From Cyanophora paradoxa CCMP329 (lineage: Eukaryota > Plantae > Glaucophyta): a stretch of DNA of 64,000 bases. Made by a program: the position numbers and the translations under genes. Below, piece after piece: positions 11,581-24,600 of the stretch (position 1 is the stretch's first letter; every line of letters begins with the position of its first letter). The notes beneath the pieces were generated by a model, which did no database searches, was not told the origin of the DNA, and saw nothing but the letters and a program-made list of their open reading frames with translations. The stretch covers positions 1-64,000 of the forward strand of contig QPMI01000081.1 of NCBI GenBank assembly GCA_004431415.1. Reading direction: 5' to 3'.

Positions 11581-14352
11581 AGAGCGAGCGGGCGGCGGAC
11601 CGCCAGCAGCCGACGGCGGACTCGTCCCGCCCTATGAGCGCCATGCCGAGGGCATTTTCGTCCACGACGATGTGGGACCCCCCGGGGGCGGGTCTCTGGG
11701 GGGGTACGATCGCCGTCGTCACCATGACGGCTTCTCCTCCGCTCCCGTCGCTGTCGGTGACGTCGCGCCCCGCCAGGTAGCCGACGGCCTCGCGGCCCGC
11801 GCAGCAGTCGCGGAGCTGATTCAGCAGGTTCGCCGTGATGCGAAGGGGCGCGAGAGGGAGAGGCGGAGAGGGCGGGGTCGGCGGGGTAGGGCGAGGGGCG
11901 AGAGGGGCCGCGCCCTGCGAGCCAAAGCGACGCGGATGAGGGGGGCTCTCGGCGGGGGGATGGTGGCGTACCCCCCCTTGGGGCGCGGAAGGAGGAGGAG
12001 GAGGGGGAGGAGGAGGCGCGCCCTGCGCGGGGGGACGTTTCATTTCTCAGCGGGATTTCGAGCGGGATCGAGTTGGGTCGATGATTCAGCGTACCCCCGC
12101 CTCGTTCTCTTCTCCCCCCGCACCCCCCTCCGGCGGCTCAGCGTACCCCTCCGCGGCGCCGACCTCCTCGTACCCCCCCTCTCCGACCTAAACGCAGACT
12201 CAAAAGCGAGGCAGAGGCGGCGGGGGTACAAGCGAACCTCGGGTGGAACGCTGTACCCCGCACGGCCCCATGGTCCGGGGGGCACCGTCTCGAAAGACAC
12301 GGGCGGGGCCTCCGTCCCGGCGGCGACGCCGTACCCCTTGTCTTCCTCCTCGGGATGTGGGGGGACGAAGGGCGGCAGGGGTACGAATGCCGCGGCCTGC
12401 GGGTCCAGGCGCGGAGGCCGGAGAGGGGCGGGGAAGCCGGGGGCGGCCACGTTCGAATCGGCGGGGGCGGAGCCGCCGCCGCGGCCGCGTCCGAAGCCGG
12501 GAGCGCCAGAAGAGGGGGGTACCGGAGCGGAATTTACAGCGGGACCTGAAGCGGAGACGGGGACGGGTAGTGGGAGGTGGGGGGCGGGAGGCAATACGCC
12601 GCCCGGGGGGGAAAGATCCTCGGGGGGCAGAACGGGGGGGACGAGGGGGTACAGGCGCCGAGGGGAGCCCAGCTGCGGGGGAATCCCGCACGGGGCCTCC
12701 TCGGGGACCGAGGGGGCGAAGGGGGGTACGGGCACCGGGAGCCGCGGGGGCGGCGGGGCGGGGGGTACATCGGAGGCCGGGCGGAGGGTCGGGAAGTTGG
12801 ACGCCGGCGAAGCCGCAACCCAGCCGGGGGGTAGGGACGCGGGCTTCGGGGGAGTACCGTTAGACAGGGACTCGGGCGCCGGCGCCGGCGGCTGCGGCGC
12901 GGGGAAAGGGGCCGGAGCGACGCTGCGCGCGGGGTTCGCTCGGAGGCGATTCGCATAAAAGCAGAAGACTGGGCGCACGGGATCGAATCCGCGCGGGTCG
13001 TCGCAGAAGTTCTGCAAGCGCGGGGCTCGCTCGGCGTTCGTTCGCGGGGGGCGAGAGAGGAATGGCGCGGCGCACGGGAACGGCGGCGCCGCCCCCGCCG
13101 GAGAGGCGGGCCCGGCGAGCTCTGCCTCGGCCTCGGCTTGGAAGAGGCGGAGGTGGTCGAGCATCGCCCGCAGCGGCCCGTCGGGCGTGCCCTCCAGCGC
13201 CCCCGCGTCCCCCTGCCCGAAGCGAAGGCCCGTCAGAGGGAGAGGGAAGGGAGGAAGGAAGGGGAGGCAGAGAAGATGATGGGGAGGGGAAGGGGCGCAC
13301 TGCCAGAGCCTGGCGCGCAGGTCCATCTGCGCGCACTCCATCTCGACGGCCGCCCGCCGCGCCGCGCGCTCCTCGCGGAGCCGCGCGAGCTCGCCGAGGT
13401 GGTGGTGGGCCGAGGCCGCGGCCGAGGCCGTCGAAGCCTGCAGCTTCTGCGAGGATAGGGTGAGCGGGGTGAAGAGAGGGGGGGGGGGGGGGGGGTAGGG
13501 GCACCAGGACCGCCTCCTCGGCTTGCCGCGCCTGCGCCTCGGCGCGCTCCGCGGCGGCCGCCGCCTCCTCCGCCCCGCCCCGCGCCGCCGCCAACTCCGC
13601 CTCGGCCGCCTTGGCCGCCGCCTCGGCCCGCCGCGTCGCCTCTGACTGCGCCCGCAGCGCCGCGCGCCTCGCCTCCACCTGCTCAGATCAGATCACATCA
13701 GATCAGATCTGAGCAGAGCGGCTTCGAGGCCGCGCACCTCTTTGCGGAGAGAATCCAGCGGCGCCTCTGCTCCGTGCTTCTTCTTCGATCCCGAGCCCTT
13801 GGACAAACCGCCGTCGGACAGGAAGACGGCCTGCACGCACGGGCGACGCCGTGTCAGAGCCCCACGGGAAGGCGAAAGGCGGCGGGGGATCTAGATTGCT
13901 AGATTCGAGGAATCTAGAGATCTAGCACGGACGCCGTCTAGAGCTCGGCGGAAAGGCAGCGGGGAATCTAGATGGCTTGCCGACGGAAAGGCGTCTCCTC
14001 TATAGATCTAGATCTATAGAGGAGACGCGATCGCTCGAGCTCGCCCGCGGACCTCCAGGGCGGCCTTTTCGGCGTTCTTCTGTTCTTCGTGCCACTTCGC
14101 CTCGCCCCGCGCCTCGCCCACCTCCTCCCGCAGCCGCTCCACCTCCGCCTCCAGATCCGCCAGCGCCCGCTGCGAAGCGGTTCGGTCGAAATCAAAGATA
14201 GATAGACAGATAGTTAGGTGGATCTAGAAGATAGATAGATAGAGATATATTGGCACCTCTTCACGCTCCTCTCCGCTGGAGTGGCCTCCTCTGCGGGCCG
14301 CGGCCGCGGCCGCGGCCGCCCGCCCCTGCTTCGCCGCGCCGCGCCCGCCCTT

Positions 14353-14387
<35 letters not shown>

Positions 14388-17300
14388 GCTTCGCCGCGGC
14401 CGCGGCCGCGGCGGCCTTGGCCTTGGCCGCCTCCTCCGCCTTCCGCCGCTTCTCCTCCTCCTTCTTGCTCTCCTCCCTCTCGAGCTCGCCGACGAGCGCC
14501 TGCGCCGCCCTCTCCCGCCGCTCGACCTCCTCGTCAAGCGCGGCCGCAAGGCGCCCCGGCAGGAGCCGCTTGACGCCGGCCGTAAGCCAGAATACGGCGT
14601 CCTCGCGCGCCGAGCAGAGGGCGCGGACGGCAGCGCCCCCGCGGAACAGGACGTCGCGAAGGGAGAGGCTGTTCTGCTGGAGCCGCCGGGCGAGCAGGCA
14701 CGCCACGCAGTAGCGCCGGACGAGTCGGAGGTACTCGCGGGCCAGAGTCCGCTCGGCTGGCCGCAGCGCGCGGGCGATCTCGTAAGCGATGCGGGCGCCG
14801 TCCTCCTCCGAGATCGAATCCAAGGCGCGGGCGCTCGAGCTCGAGCTCGTCGGGTCGGGATCCGCCGCCCGCGCCTCTTCCTCGGCTCGCATTCGGAGGA
14901 CGTCGGCGTCGATGTCGGCGCGGACGCGCCCCAGTACGAGAGCCAGGATCTGATTTAGCTGCAGCGACGCGGCCGGCATCGGCTCGCCGGCCGCCTTCGC
15001 CACCCCTTCCCGCCAGGAGCGCTCGACGGCCTCCAGGCGCTCGGCGAAATCGTTCAAGGCAACCTGGGAGGAGGCTCACGAGTGCGAGAGCGAGAACGGG
15101 GCTATTATTTCTTCGATTCAAAGAGCGGCGCACCGCGATCGTGTCTGCCCGATCGAAGAGCGAGTGTGCGGGATAGTGGAGGCTACTAGCGACCACCTGA
15201 TCGACGATGTCTGGTACGCAGTTGACCTGCTCCAGGCTAAGACGGGAAAGGGGGGGCATAAACGGTGCAGCCTCGGTGAGACTGACGCCCACCTGCCATG
15301 TCGAATGAAACTTTTCGACATCGGGATTCCGCCTGCAGACCAGGTGAGCCGAATCCACTGGAAGCACATTAATTCACGTATAACAAACTACCGCACCCGC
15401 CAATCCAGGCGATGTGAACCGCCCGCGTGCTTTGCCCCGCGGCAACAGCGATAGGGACGAATGCGAACGGGACGGACGGCTCAAGTGCGGAAACACAGGG
15501 GAGCCGGAGCTCCGTGCCCGAGAGCCGTTCCGGGTCCCACAAGCTCCGCCGGATGTGCGCGCGCAGCTCCTCGACCTCGTCCCCGCCTTCTTTGACGGGC
15601 TCGTCGTCGTCGAGGTCGTCCCAGGCAGATCTAGAACTCGCCGGGCCTGCGGGACCGGCAGCGGCTGTCATTCAAGCGCGACAAACGCGCGGAGGTGAAG
15701 TGCAGCTCGATATCGCACCATCGTCCAAACATTTGCCAAGCTGTACGTCGCGAATCACACGAAAACCTTTGGCTTCAGGATTGCGTGCGTAGAATTCTAG
15801 ACCGAAGAGCAGCCGCGTGAGCATTCGTTGCTGTCTCCGGATCGTTGCGAGCTTCCCACTGTTCAACTGCAACTCCTTCATGAGGCCCCCCTGTTGAAAA
15901 ACGGTACCAGTGGTCAGCGTCGGAGTGCGCCAAATTTGCCTGTACTTGACGAGTAAAAAGCACGTGCCAGTTCTTCGAAGAGGCTTGCTATCATTTCCTC
16001 TGCATCTGGAGAGCCGATATTGTAGAGCCGTCTTACAGTATCGGCGACGACGTCGGGTGCGGAGGGAGAGAGTCTGATTCAAAGTCAGCCAAGATCTGGA
16101 GAAGCTCGGGAGCAGGCGTATATATGCACTGGACTCACGGGGGCTGCTCCAGCAGGACGTCCAAAGGCGAGCGCGCCATGATGCCAGCGAGTCCTTCGCC
16201 GATGCCGAAGGAGAAAGAACCGGTCGCTTCGTCACAGACGGGTGTCGGGTCCGTGAACTCGCCCGGCCAAGGCTCCATTTCGCAAACGGAAGCGCGGAGC
16301 AGCGAGCAGCGCCCGCAGGTCGGCATGCTCGGCCCGCAGATGTCCGTCGGGTCGATGGGACCGCCGTCCACCTTGCACACGGGCAGTGCTGCCGGATGGA
16401 ATGTGAGAAAAGCCGGGCCAGACGTTGGTTTTCTAAGTAACCGCACCTGCGCATCGAATCACAAAGTCCGGGCGGAGCCAGATTGCAGCAGAGGTCAAGA
16501 ATATGTCCAAGCTGATGCGGTCCCCGCTTTTGCGGAGCGCGAGCCTCAGCGTCGCTTCGACTGCCGCCTCGGGACAGTCCTCACGACAGTCGGAGGAGCG
16601 GATCAACCCGCTGAACTCCACAGAAGTGACAGCCGTGCTGCCGCTGACTGTTGAGGTCTTGGGTCGGACTAACACTTCTGTGGCCGCGGTGCTCTGCTGC
16701 TGAGAATCCTGGCAAGATGAAGCGAGGGAAACAAGGTCGGCGGCTACAAAGGACCAAGAAACTAGGAAATGACCTGCGGGAAAAGTATTCACAAACGTAT
16801 TAATGCTTTTTAAGCTCATAAGACGAACCGGAGGGCGGGACCACGTCTGCTGATGAGAGGGATTTGAGCCTGCAGCGCTCACTGGAGCTAGGCAGTCTGA
16901 GGAAGAATCGTAAAATGATGGAGCGCTTGAGCCTGTGATCAATAGTCCAGGTGGATGCATCGGTGCAGGATCCTGTAAGAGGAAGAGAGCAAACGGACTG
17001 GGCTGCTCCGTCTGAAATCGGAAAGTAATACCGCGCAACGAACATGCTGCTCAGCGTCTGAAAGTCCGGCAACGAGATCCCCGGATCCCTTTGCAAAGGA
17101 TCCTCGGAATCATGATCAGATGAACTGTCGGTAGCGCCACCGTCGTCAGCCTCCGTGAAGTACGACATGCCCGTCGAGCCGATCGAAGCGTCGGCTTGGT
17201 TGATGTAAAGCGGCTGCCGAGCGTGCAGGACGCCGGCCGTCTCCTTCTGGCTGAACTCGATTCGCATTGCAGACGCTGCAGCTGCAGCTGGCGCCGGCGC

Positions 17301-18053
17301 ATGCAGATTCGAAATTCCGACGGGATAGGACCCGACGGTCAGATCGACGCTGAAAAGAGAGGAGATCTCGCGCGGCTGGGGTGCGGCGAAGAAGAGGCCA
17401 GTCCAACGGTTCGAGGTCTGGAGGAAGGAGGTGCCAGCGGACATCTCCAGGAGCAATCTCGCCGCGTCGATCGGCAGGCCGGACTCGGACGCCACCAGAG
17501 CTTCGGCCACGTCCCAGTCGATGGTACAGCAGCGGACCAGCAGCTCCGCCTTCCACTTCTCTGACGCCTTCTCCCACAACTGGCGCCGAGCGAGCGCGCG
17601 CCTCTGCTCATCGGTGAGGGCCTCTGCGCAGAATGCGGTGCGGAGCTGGTGAGCGAGGCGTGCAGCCGGCGCGGGAAGGGGTCTACGCCGACCTTCCGCC
17701 CGCTGGGATGCACCCTTGCCCTTCGGGTTCTTCTTCCCGCCGCCGCGGCCGGCGCCTGAGCCCGCGGCCGCGGCCGCATGCGCATGCGCAGCCGCGGCCG
17801 CCGCAGGAGCGGGCCCTGGAGTCGCGGTCGAAGGCTGAGAAGAGGATTGCAATGAAGTCCCCGCTCCAGCGAGTGCAGCGGCGTCGCGCTTCCTGCGGAG
17901 CCGCTCCCGCGCCGCCTCCTTCTTGTCGACTGCGCAGCGCGGATCGTCAGCGGCGCAAGGCTGAGCGCGCGATACGCTAGATCGACTCCGCGACGCCTAG
18001 GTCATCGATCTAAAGCGGCGTGGACCGCAGCGTTCGAGCCCGCGGCTGGCCAT
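10316..18053 (-). CDS. Large multi-exon protein: basic N-terminus, unknown globular region, coiled coil, Pro-rich linker, C-terminal AMSH-like MPN/JAB domain
   Basis: ORF pieces 16800-17852, 16433-17038, 16135-16446, 15369-15671, 14224-15057, 12860-13678, 12040-13341 and 11531-12043 can be joined by short introns (e.g. GATG|gtgcga...gacag|CCGCT near 15720-15666). MPN-like segment: EAVGYLAG...VMVTTAIVPPQ...VGCW...ALSANDQHTLAALQ...AVCLILSP. Start and end approximate. Confidence 0.65.
13991..14028. repeat. Perfect 38-bp palindrome inside an intron
   Basis: GCGTCTCCTCTATAGATCTAGATCTATAGAGGAGACGC equals its own reverse complement. Confidence 0.95.
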
Positions 18054-18612
18054 GGCGCGCGGCCCGCATGAGCGCTCTCGCGCGGCACAAAGCGCGGCGG
18101 ACATCTAGGCCGCTCCGCGAAGCATGCGCGTCTAGAAGCTACAGCAGCGCCCCAGGATCGCAATCCCTGCACGATGTGCGCACCGGCGCCGCCCGGCATC
18201 GCGCAGCTTCCGCCTCCGGTCAGGCACGCACGCCTCCGCTGTGCGACATCGGCTGCCGCCTTCTTCCGCGATGCGCGCTGCCCCGATCTCGCGCGTTCCC
18301 GCCCTCAACGAACGTGCTTTCCGCCGATGACCGCGCCGGTGCGACTGGAGGAGTTGATGCAGGACACGACGACCATCCAGCGCGTGCAACACGCCGCGCT
18401 GCCCGCTGCTCGCTGCCGACGGCTCGCTGGCCTGCTTCGATGGCTCGCTCGGGGGCTACGCGATTTCGGGCGGGTACGACTTTTCGCGGCTCCTCCGCAT
18501 CGCCCCGCGATCTGGATGCGTTCCGGGTGATCTTCAAACGCTGTAGGATAGCAGCACCGCGGAAGGGGGCGCCCCCAGGAAGAGCTTCGATTGCGCCTGG
18601 CGGGGCGAGGCG

Positions 18613-21600
18613 ATGACAGCCGATTCGAGCTCCGGTGCGTGGCGGATCGCACCGATCGCCAATTCTGCGGCGTAGCTTCGAGCTGCTCGCGCGCGCGTCG
18701 CCGTCGAGCTGAGCGGTTTCGCAGCGGCGAAGCGGAGGGCGAAGGCGAAAGCACGAAAGAAGCAGCAGCAGTCCGACGAACCGGATGCGGCGGGACGCGC
18801 TGGACCGCCGCCGGCCGGGGCGCCCCAAGCGGATGCCAGGCGGAACGCGCGCGTGCCGAAGCACCGGCGTGCGGGCAAGACAGGTGAGGATCGAGGACGC
18901 GTGCGATCCGATCGCCTGGCTCCCCCGCCGGCTCACTGCGCGTCGCGAGCAGAGCCGGTGGCGCCGACGGGCGTGGCGATGACGCGGCTGCGGGAGCAGT
19001 GGCAGCGGATGTCGACCGAAGAGCGGCGGGCATTTGTGGAGAAGGAGTGCCTCCTCGATCTGGGCGACGCCGCCGCGCGAGGTGCGCGGTCCTAGGCCTC
19101 CGCCCCGGCCCCGCTCCGAGCCCGCCCCGCTCCGCCTCCCGGCGCCCACGCGCGCCGCAGTGTGCGAGCTGACAAACCTGCGGGACGACTGGAGCCGCTT
19201 CTTCCTCAAGAGCGCGCTCGCCTCGGGCTTCGCGCCCGAGACGCGGCCGACCTGCCCGCACCCGTCCCTCGTTGCTCGCCTGCTCAAGGCGCGCCTTCGC
19301 CGCCGCCGCCTTTGCCGCCCCGCGCGCCGCTCACGCCGCATCATCAGATCCACGTCGTGGGTCGTTCCATCGTCGTTCGGGACCCGCCGGCCTCCACCGC
19401 GGCCGCGGCCGCGGCCGCCGCCGCCGCCGCCGCCGCGGGCCGCGCTCCCGAGTACCACACTGAGGACGTCTACATAAGCACCGACTTCGAGGCGCGAATC
19501 CAAGCGCCCGGCGCCGCTTCCGCGCATTCCGATACCCCCCGCAGGTCGAGCCCCCCGCCGAGGACGCGCACGAGTTCAGCCCGGGGTACCACATCGAGCT
19601 CGAGGCGCGCCCGCTCCTTCCGCCGGCGACGCGTACCCCTCCGTGACGTCACGCCGCCGCAGGCGGAAGAGAGCGGGTCGGAGGGGACGGAGGGCGGGGA
19701 CGGGGAGGACGGGGCGGGACCCTCGTCGGTTCTCATGGCCGGATCCTGTGTCTACTTCCTATCAAAGAACAAGGCAAGTACGCTTAACTGTGTGAGGGAA
19801 CGCTAGAAGAACCAGAACCCCCGCCCGGCCCTTCTGCTTCTGCTGCGCCCCTTCCGCCTCGCAGCGGCTGATTTGCCGTACCCCCCACCCGCCAGGACCC
19901 TGTCCTGAACCTCAACACCGCCGGCCGAGCGGACGACGGGCGCGCAAGTACCCCCTCATCGCCCCCCCTCCCCCTTCTGAGCGATTCGGGGGGTACAGGG
20001 TCGAGGCCTTCTCGCTTCGCTTCACGGTATCCCCCCACATGGACGCGTGCGGGGCCTGGCTCCCCTTTCAGGACATGCCCCCCGGCGGCCGCGTCTTCCT
20101 CACCTGGTTCGCCCGATCCGATCCGCTCAGATCAGATCAAATCGGATCCGATCCGATCTGAGCCGTCCCGCAGGAACTTCACGGACCGGGAGGTGGTGGC
20201 CGTGATGGAGGGCAAGTCCGGGCGCGTCGTGGCGGGCCCCAAGGCGAGCTGTACCCCCCCTTCCCCCTCCCCCTCCGCCCCTCTGTCCCTTTCTTCTTCT
20301 TCGGCTCCTCACTCGCTGCCGCTGCTTCGCCTCCAGGTGGCGTCGGCGGACCGCTCCGAGGGTGTCATCGACTGCGTGGGGCTCGGCGACAAGCCCGACC
20401 AGGCGCGTGTACCCCCCCCCCCCCCCCCCCCCCCCCCCGACCCGGCCCCCCCGGTGCCCGGGCCTAGACCGTTAGCTAGCTAGCTACGGCCCCGTGCCGT
20501 CCAGCCTTGCTAGCGCTCCGCACCCGCCCGCCCCTAGCCGCGGTCGCTTGCACGACTAGCCGCGCCCGGTGCCATTTGCGGCGGCTCCCCCACTGCTGCG
20601 GGGTCGGCCCAGAGCGCGCCTCACCCGCCCTACGACCCCTGTAGACGTTAGCGCCCGCTTCCGCCCGCGCCGGCCTAGCCAAGAGCGATCCCCGCACCCG
20701 CCCGCCCGCCCCTGACCCCCGCCCGCCCGCCTGCCCCTAGCTCCCGCCTCCTGGACGCCCCGCCCGCCCGCCCCCGCCGGCTCCTTCAACTAGCCCGCCC
20801 CTGACTCTTCTTTCACAGAGCGAGGACGTGCTGATCCACTGCGAGCTGGAGCGCCGCGGCGACGTCATCTCCTGCGACAAGATGGAGGTGCGCCAAGCTG
20901 TGCGGGGCCGGCCGAGAGCGCGCGCGCGCGTGAGAGAGAGGCATCTTAAAAGGCACGCCGTATTAGAGTGACAAGATGGAGGTGCGCCCGGGCGTACCGG
21001 GCAGCGGGGGCCGGCCGAGAGGCGCCAGCCATCTTAGATACACAGGAAGAAGAAGAAGAGACGTAGTTCGAGATCGCTTCAGCTCCCTCAGGCTCAAGAA
21101 CGCCCAAGAACGCCTCAGCTCAAGATTAGCAGAGAGAAGTAGGCGCAGCTACTGCTAGCTTAGATATGCTACTGCTTAGCTCAGAGCTAAAACGAGGGAG
21201 AAGAGGCTAAGCTTACATTAAGGATGTGCACCTTCGGATCCTTACCTCACGGCGCCTCAGGTCATGGTGCGGGCGGACTGGCTGCTGGCGCAGTGGGGCC
21301 TGCCGCTGGCGCCGCCCCCGGGCCCCGGCCCTGCCGCCACCCGCCGCCGCCGCCGCCGGCCGCCAGGCCTGCGGCCTCTGCACCCACTTCGCATTCGGGG
21401 CACCCCAGGTACGCCCTTCTAAGATTAACGCAGCCCGTCTATCTTCCATCTACCTATCTAACTATCTAACGACCATACCATCAAACTATCTCGGGCGCCT
21501 GCCTGCCCGCCTTCCGCTCTTCTTCTATCTTCTTCTATCTATCGCTTCCTGCGCCCCTCGGGCGCCTGACCCCCGCCTCCGCCCCGCAGGGCCGGGCGGC

Positions 21601-24600
21601 GGTGGCGCTGCGGTACGCGGGGCCCGGGGAGCGGCGGATCGGGCTGGAGGCGGCGACGCCCGAGGCGCTGGGCGAGTGCTTCGGGGCCCTCGCCGAGGCC
21701 CTCCCCGAGGAGGGGCCCCTCGTGCGCCCCGCCCCGCCCCGCACCGCCCCGCCCCCCCCCCCCCCCCCCCCCCCCGAAAGCTTCGAAAAGGATCCCCCTA
21801 ATGGAGCTTCTAGACGGGACCCTTTTGGCCCCGCCCCGCCCCGCCCCGCCCTGCCCCGCCCCGCCCGCCTCCGACCCGCCCCGATCCAAGCTTTTTCTAC
21901 AACGGATGCCTCAAGAAGGGGGCGGAGCTATTTAATAGGACGGCTCTCTCGCGCGACCTGCTCGGACTAAGACTTAGCTAAGACTAAGGCTTAGATCAAG
22001 CTTGGGGAGCCGCGCCGCGCCCCCCGCCTCCTCCTGACGCCCCGCCCCTCCCTCGCCCCGCCCACCGCAGCTGCGGGAGGAGCTGGTGGGGTACCTGAAG
22101 GCGCTGGCGGCGGAGGGCGTGCCGCCCCGCGTCGAGCACGACGGGGAGCGGGGGGAGACGCTCCAGGCCGAGTTCCTCAAAGAATCCCAGCAGGCGAGTG
22201 GCAGACCGGCGCCCCCCCTCTAGCTGGCCCCAGGGCCTTCTAGCCGCTAGGACCGCTAGGACCCGAACTTTCTATGGAGCTATGAAGTCTAGCTTCCCTC
22301 AAAGAGGCCCCGGCCCTCTTCTAGCGAGCCCCTCTCTCTAGGCTTCTGGCCTCCTAGCGTTCCTTCTAGGCTTCTGGCCGAGTCCGTTTTAGCCGGGCCT
22401 CGCTGGTTCCTCGAGGAGTCCCAGCAGGCGAGCCTCTCTCTAGCCTTCCATGGCCCCCTTCTGGCCCCTCCACGCTTCTATCCCTAGCTTCCCTTCAAAC
22501 CCGCTCTTTCTAGCCTAGCGAGCCGATTTCGTCAAGGAGTCCCAGCAGGCGAGCCCTCCCCTGCCCCGGAGCTAGCTCCTTCCAGCCTCTCCAGCTCCTA
22601 GCCCTAGCTTCTAGCTCCACGCGTCTCTTCTAGCTTCCTCCAGCCTCTAGCCCCTAGCGGGCGAGCGGTCGCCTATAGCCGAGTTCCTCAAGGAGTCCCA
22701 GCAGGCGAGTGGCAGATCGGCGCCCTTCTCTAGCTGGCCCGGCGCCCTCCTCTAGCTGGCTCCTCAGTGGCAGATCGGCGCCTCCTTGTAGCAGGGCCCA
22801 CGCCCCGGCCGACGCGCATTCTTCCTGCCTGACCTACCGCCTCGAAGCCCGCTCTCGGCCTGGACCTCCTCGGCCTCGGTCTCGGCCGCGCTCCTCTGCG
22901 CCGGTCCAGAGCCTCGGCGGCTAGCCTCTAGCCTCTAGCCTCTAGCATCTTCGGAATGCGATCCTTCTAGCCGCCAGCTTCTAGCCGCCGCCCGAGCCCT
23001 CCAGAGCGCTACAGTTGTCTGGATCAAGAAGCGCCTCATCTGATCCATCTGATCCTCAGATGTACCTGCACTGGAGCCGGGCGGCGCACCTGGAGGCGGA
23101 GATCCAGCGCCTGGAGGCCGGCTGCGCCGCCGGCTCCCGCCCCACCGACGCCGCCCCGCCCCCGGAGGCCCCCGAGCCCCGTGCGCGGAGCTCAGCGTTT
23201 CAAAGCTTTTTAAGATCGCCTGGCGCTCTAGCCTCTAAGATCGCCTAGCGCTCTAGCTTTTTTTAAAGCCATGCCCTCTAAGCGCCGTGAGGCGGCCTGC
23301 TCCGCTGGCTCCCGCCCCACCGACCGAGCCTCGTGCGCTCAGCTCAGCTCTTAGCCTTCTAGGCCACGCTTGAGCTTGGCTCTCTTCGCTTAGTTCCGCT
23401 AGGACAAGCCCAGCGAGGAGAATCCCTAGCTTTCTATGGCGCCCCACCGCCGGATCGGATCCTCTTTTGAGCTTGGCCCAAACTTATCTCTTTAAGATTC
23501 TTCGGAGCTGACTGGGGTCCTGGCAGCGCCGGACGCGAGCCCGGAGGCCCGACCCGACCGGGTCTCCCGCGGGGAGCTCAGCGCCGCCTGCAAGGCGCGC
23601 CCGCCCCTCTCCGCCCGTCCCGCTGGCTTCTTCTTCTTCTTCGGTTCTGATTCTGGTGTACCGTACCCCCCCCCCCCCCCCGCAGCTCGACCCCGGCTTC
23701 ATCTTCGACTTCGACGTCAGCGGGGGCCACTTCTCCTGGCTGGGGGGTACGCCGCAGCCGTCCTACCGACACCCGCGCGCTCTCCTCCGTGCAGTCTATT
23801 TATAGCGTTCCGCAGGGTACCACGCGGAGCTGAGCGAGATCGAGGGCCTGGGCCGCTCCCTTCTGGACCGGCGGCTCCTCCTCACGGACTACCTCCTCCG
23901 GCTGGGGTACCTCATGCGCCTCCACGGTCCGTACCCCTCCTCCCTTCCCCCCCCCCCCCCCCAAAGTCCTCCCCCCGTTTTCTTCTGCTCTGAGCCGTAC
24001 CCCAGCGCCCGCCCTGGATCTCGATGTGGAGGAGGGGGAGCGGCCGCCCTGCGCCGCCGACCGCCGCCACTTCATCAAGGTACCCCCCCCCCAAGCCCCC
24101 CCCCTTTTCGATCCTTCTTTTCTTGATCTTTTTCCCACCCACCCCCCAAAACAGACGGTCATGGAGAAGGCGTTCATGATCCTGGGTACCGTCCTCAAGT
24201 ATTGGGGTACCGAATCGAAGGAGCCGCCCCCCTCGGAGCGGGACCTCGACCCCAGTGCGCCCCTCTCGCGTTATCGTGTACCCCTCCCAACCTCACATGT
24301 CGCGCCGCAGCGAACTGGGCGCAGCGGGTGCACCACTACTGGTACTCCAACTTCGCGCTTGCCCTCACGCCCTCCCGGTGCGCTCTAGCCTCTTCCCTCT
24401 CTGTCCCGGCAACCTTCTTGTGACGCCGTCCGCCCGCCCGCCCGCTCAGGCCGCCGCCCTCCGAGAAAGACGGGGGCAACAAGGACGAGCCGGGCGCCCT
24501 TTCCGTCCCGAAGGCGAGCGCACCAGCGCTTATTATCATTCCGCTCTTACGGTCCTGCAGGTCACCGGGGAGACGCTGAGCCAGATCGCGTGGACCACCC

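Noticed and set aside
11543-12958. Long plus-strand Gly/Arg-rich ORFs (also 18220-19527 minus, 24816-25949 minus, 32307-33263 minus, 53556-54356 plus)
   Set aside because: Antisense shadows of GC-rich exons on the opposite strand.
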